Source of the DNA: Escherichia phage vB_EcoS_Zar3M
Sequence record: NC_073065.1
DNA length: 45,901 nucleotides
Strand: one strand, 5' to 3'
The notes under the pieces are model-generated. The model was not told the origin of the DNA. It was given only the letters and a program-made list of their open reading frames with translations, and ran no database searches. A program made the position numbers and the translations under genes. Shown piece after piece: positions 45,472 through 45,901 of this stretch (the first letter of the stretch is position 1; every line of letters starts with the position of its first letter).

Positions 45472-45546
45472 TTTGTGCGCGCATTGGTTGCCGATTTGGG
45501 AATTCCGATATGATTAAAAGATTAATTTGTGCGCGCATTGGTTGCC
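45457..45546. repeat. two ~35-bp direct repeats each containing ATTGGTTGCC
   Basis: TGATT(T)AAAAGATTAATTTGTGCGCGCATTGGTTGCC at 45457-45490 (overlapping primase stop) and 45510-45546; third ATTGGTTGCC at 45572-45581. Confidence 0.6.
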
Positions 45547-45619
45547 ATTTTTAGTGTTTTTATCTGGTCGTATTGGTTGCCGTGTAGTGTGTATATAATG
45601 AATAGTTATGCAATAAAAC

Positions 45620-45790
45620 TGCATAAAGTGAGCGGGACAGAAAGCGGGACAAACAAGGGGCGGGACAAAGCGGGACAGCGCCCCCGTCCCGCCCCGGATG
45701 GCGCGGCCTAGAGAGGAGCGGGACAGCGGGACAAAACCCCAGTCTTTCAGACTAGACGGGGGTCGATGGCCCCCCTCGTCTGAGACTGAA
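45620..45790. repeat. iteron-rich non-coding element, copy B (GCGGGACA octamers plus conserved stem-loop)
   Basis: Six direct GCGGGACA boxes (45632, 45644, 45660, 45670, 45718, 45726) and inverted CGTCCCGC (45685-45692); stem-loop CAGTCTTTCAGACTAGACGGGGGTCGATGGCCCCCCTCGTCTGAGACTG; homologous to 16980-17156. Confidence 0.65.
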
Positions 45791-45901
45791 TAAAATCCGG
45801 GGATTGCAAATTACACGGNAGCATNACGCGAAGTGCGGTCGCGGATGAACTAGGCAACCAATGCAAACCGCATTACGCTGAGTGAAAAATGCGGTTTGCA
45901 G

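Noticed and set aside
1-45901. Prophage or temperate lifestyle (integrase, repressor, attachment site)
   Set aside because: No integrase, recombinase, CI-like repressor or flanking host genes were recognised; the replication set (own polymerase, helicase, primase) fits a virulent phage better, though a homology search is needed to be sure.

Overview
The window reads as a near-complete genome, or at least the major part, of a tailed dsDNA phage (siphovirus type, lambda-like tail module) infecting a Gram-negative, probably enterobacterial, host. All calls rest on reading the six-frame translations for motifs I recognise; no database search was run. Layout: + strand 102-3288 small unknown genes plus holin/endolysin; 3527-9982 phosphoesterase, terminase small/large, portal, Mu-F-like head protein, Rz/Rz1 spanins; 9996-11211 a reverse-strand two-gene cassette; 11368-29135 scaffold, major capsid, connectors, major tail, G/GT chaperones (-1 frameshift), tape measure, M/L/K/I/J, tail fibre; 26075-27231 a reverse-strand lipoprotein operon; 29162-42463 (- strand) replication and DNA-modification module (nucleases, HAD hydrolase, Dam and C5 methyltransferases, HNH, SNF2 helicase, VRR-NUC, family A DNA polymerase, DUF2815 SSB-like, DUF2800 Cas4-like nuclease); 42867-45471 (+) HTH regulator and primase-helicase. 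No integrase, repressor, tRNA or CRISPR array was seen, so a virulent lifestyle is likely. Most unusual: two homologous non-coding elements full of GCGGGACA octamer iterons with a conserved stem-loop (16847-17160 and 45620-45790), a perfect 1064-bp tandem duplication (32105-34232), and an over-represented intergenic motif ATTGGTTGCA. Patches of interspersed n bases look like low-quality sequence, not biology. Non-ORF coordinates are approximate to a few nt.
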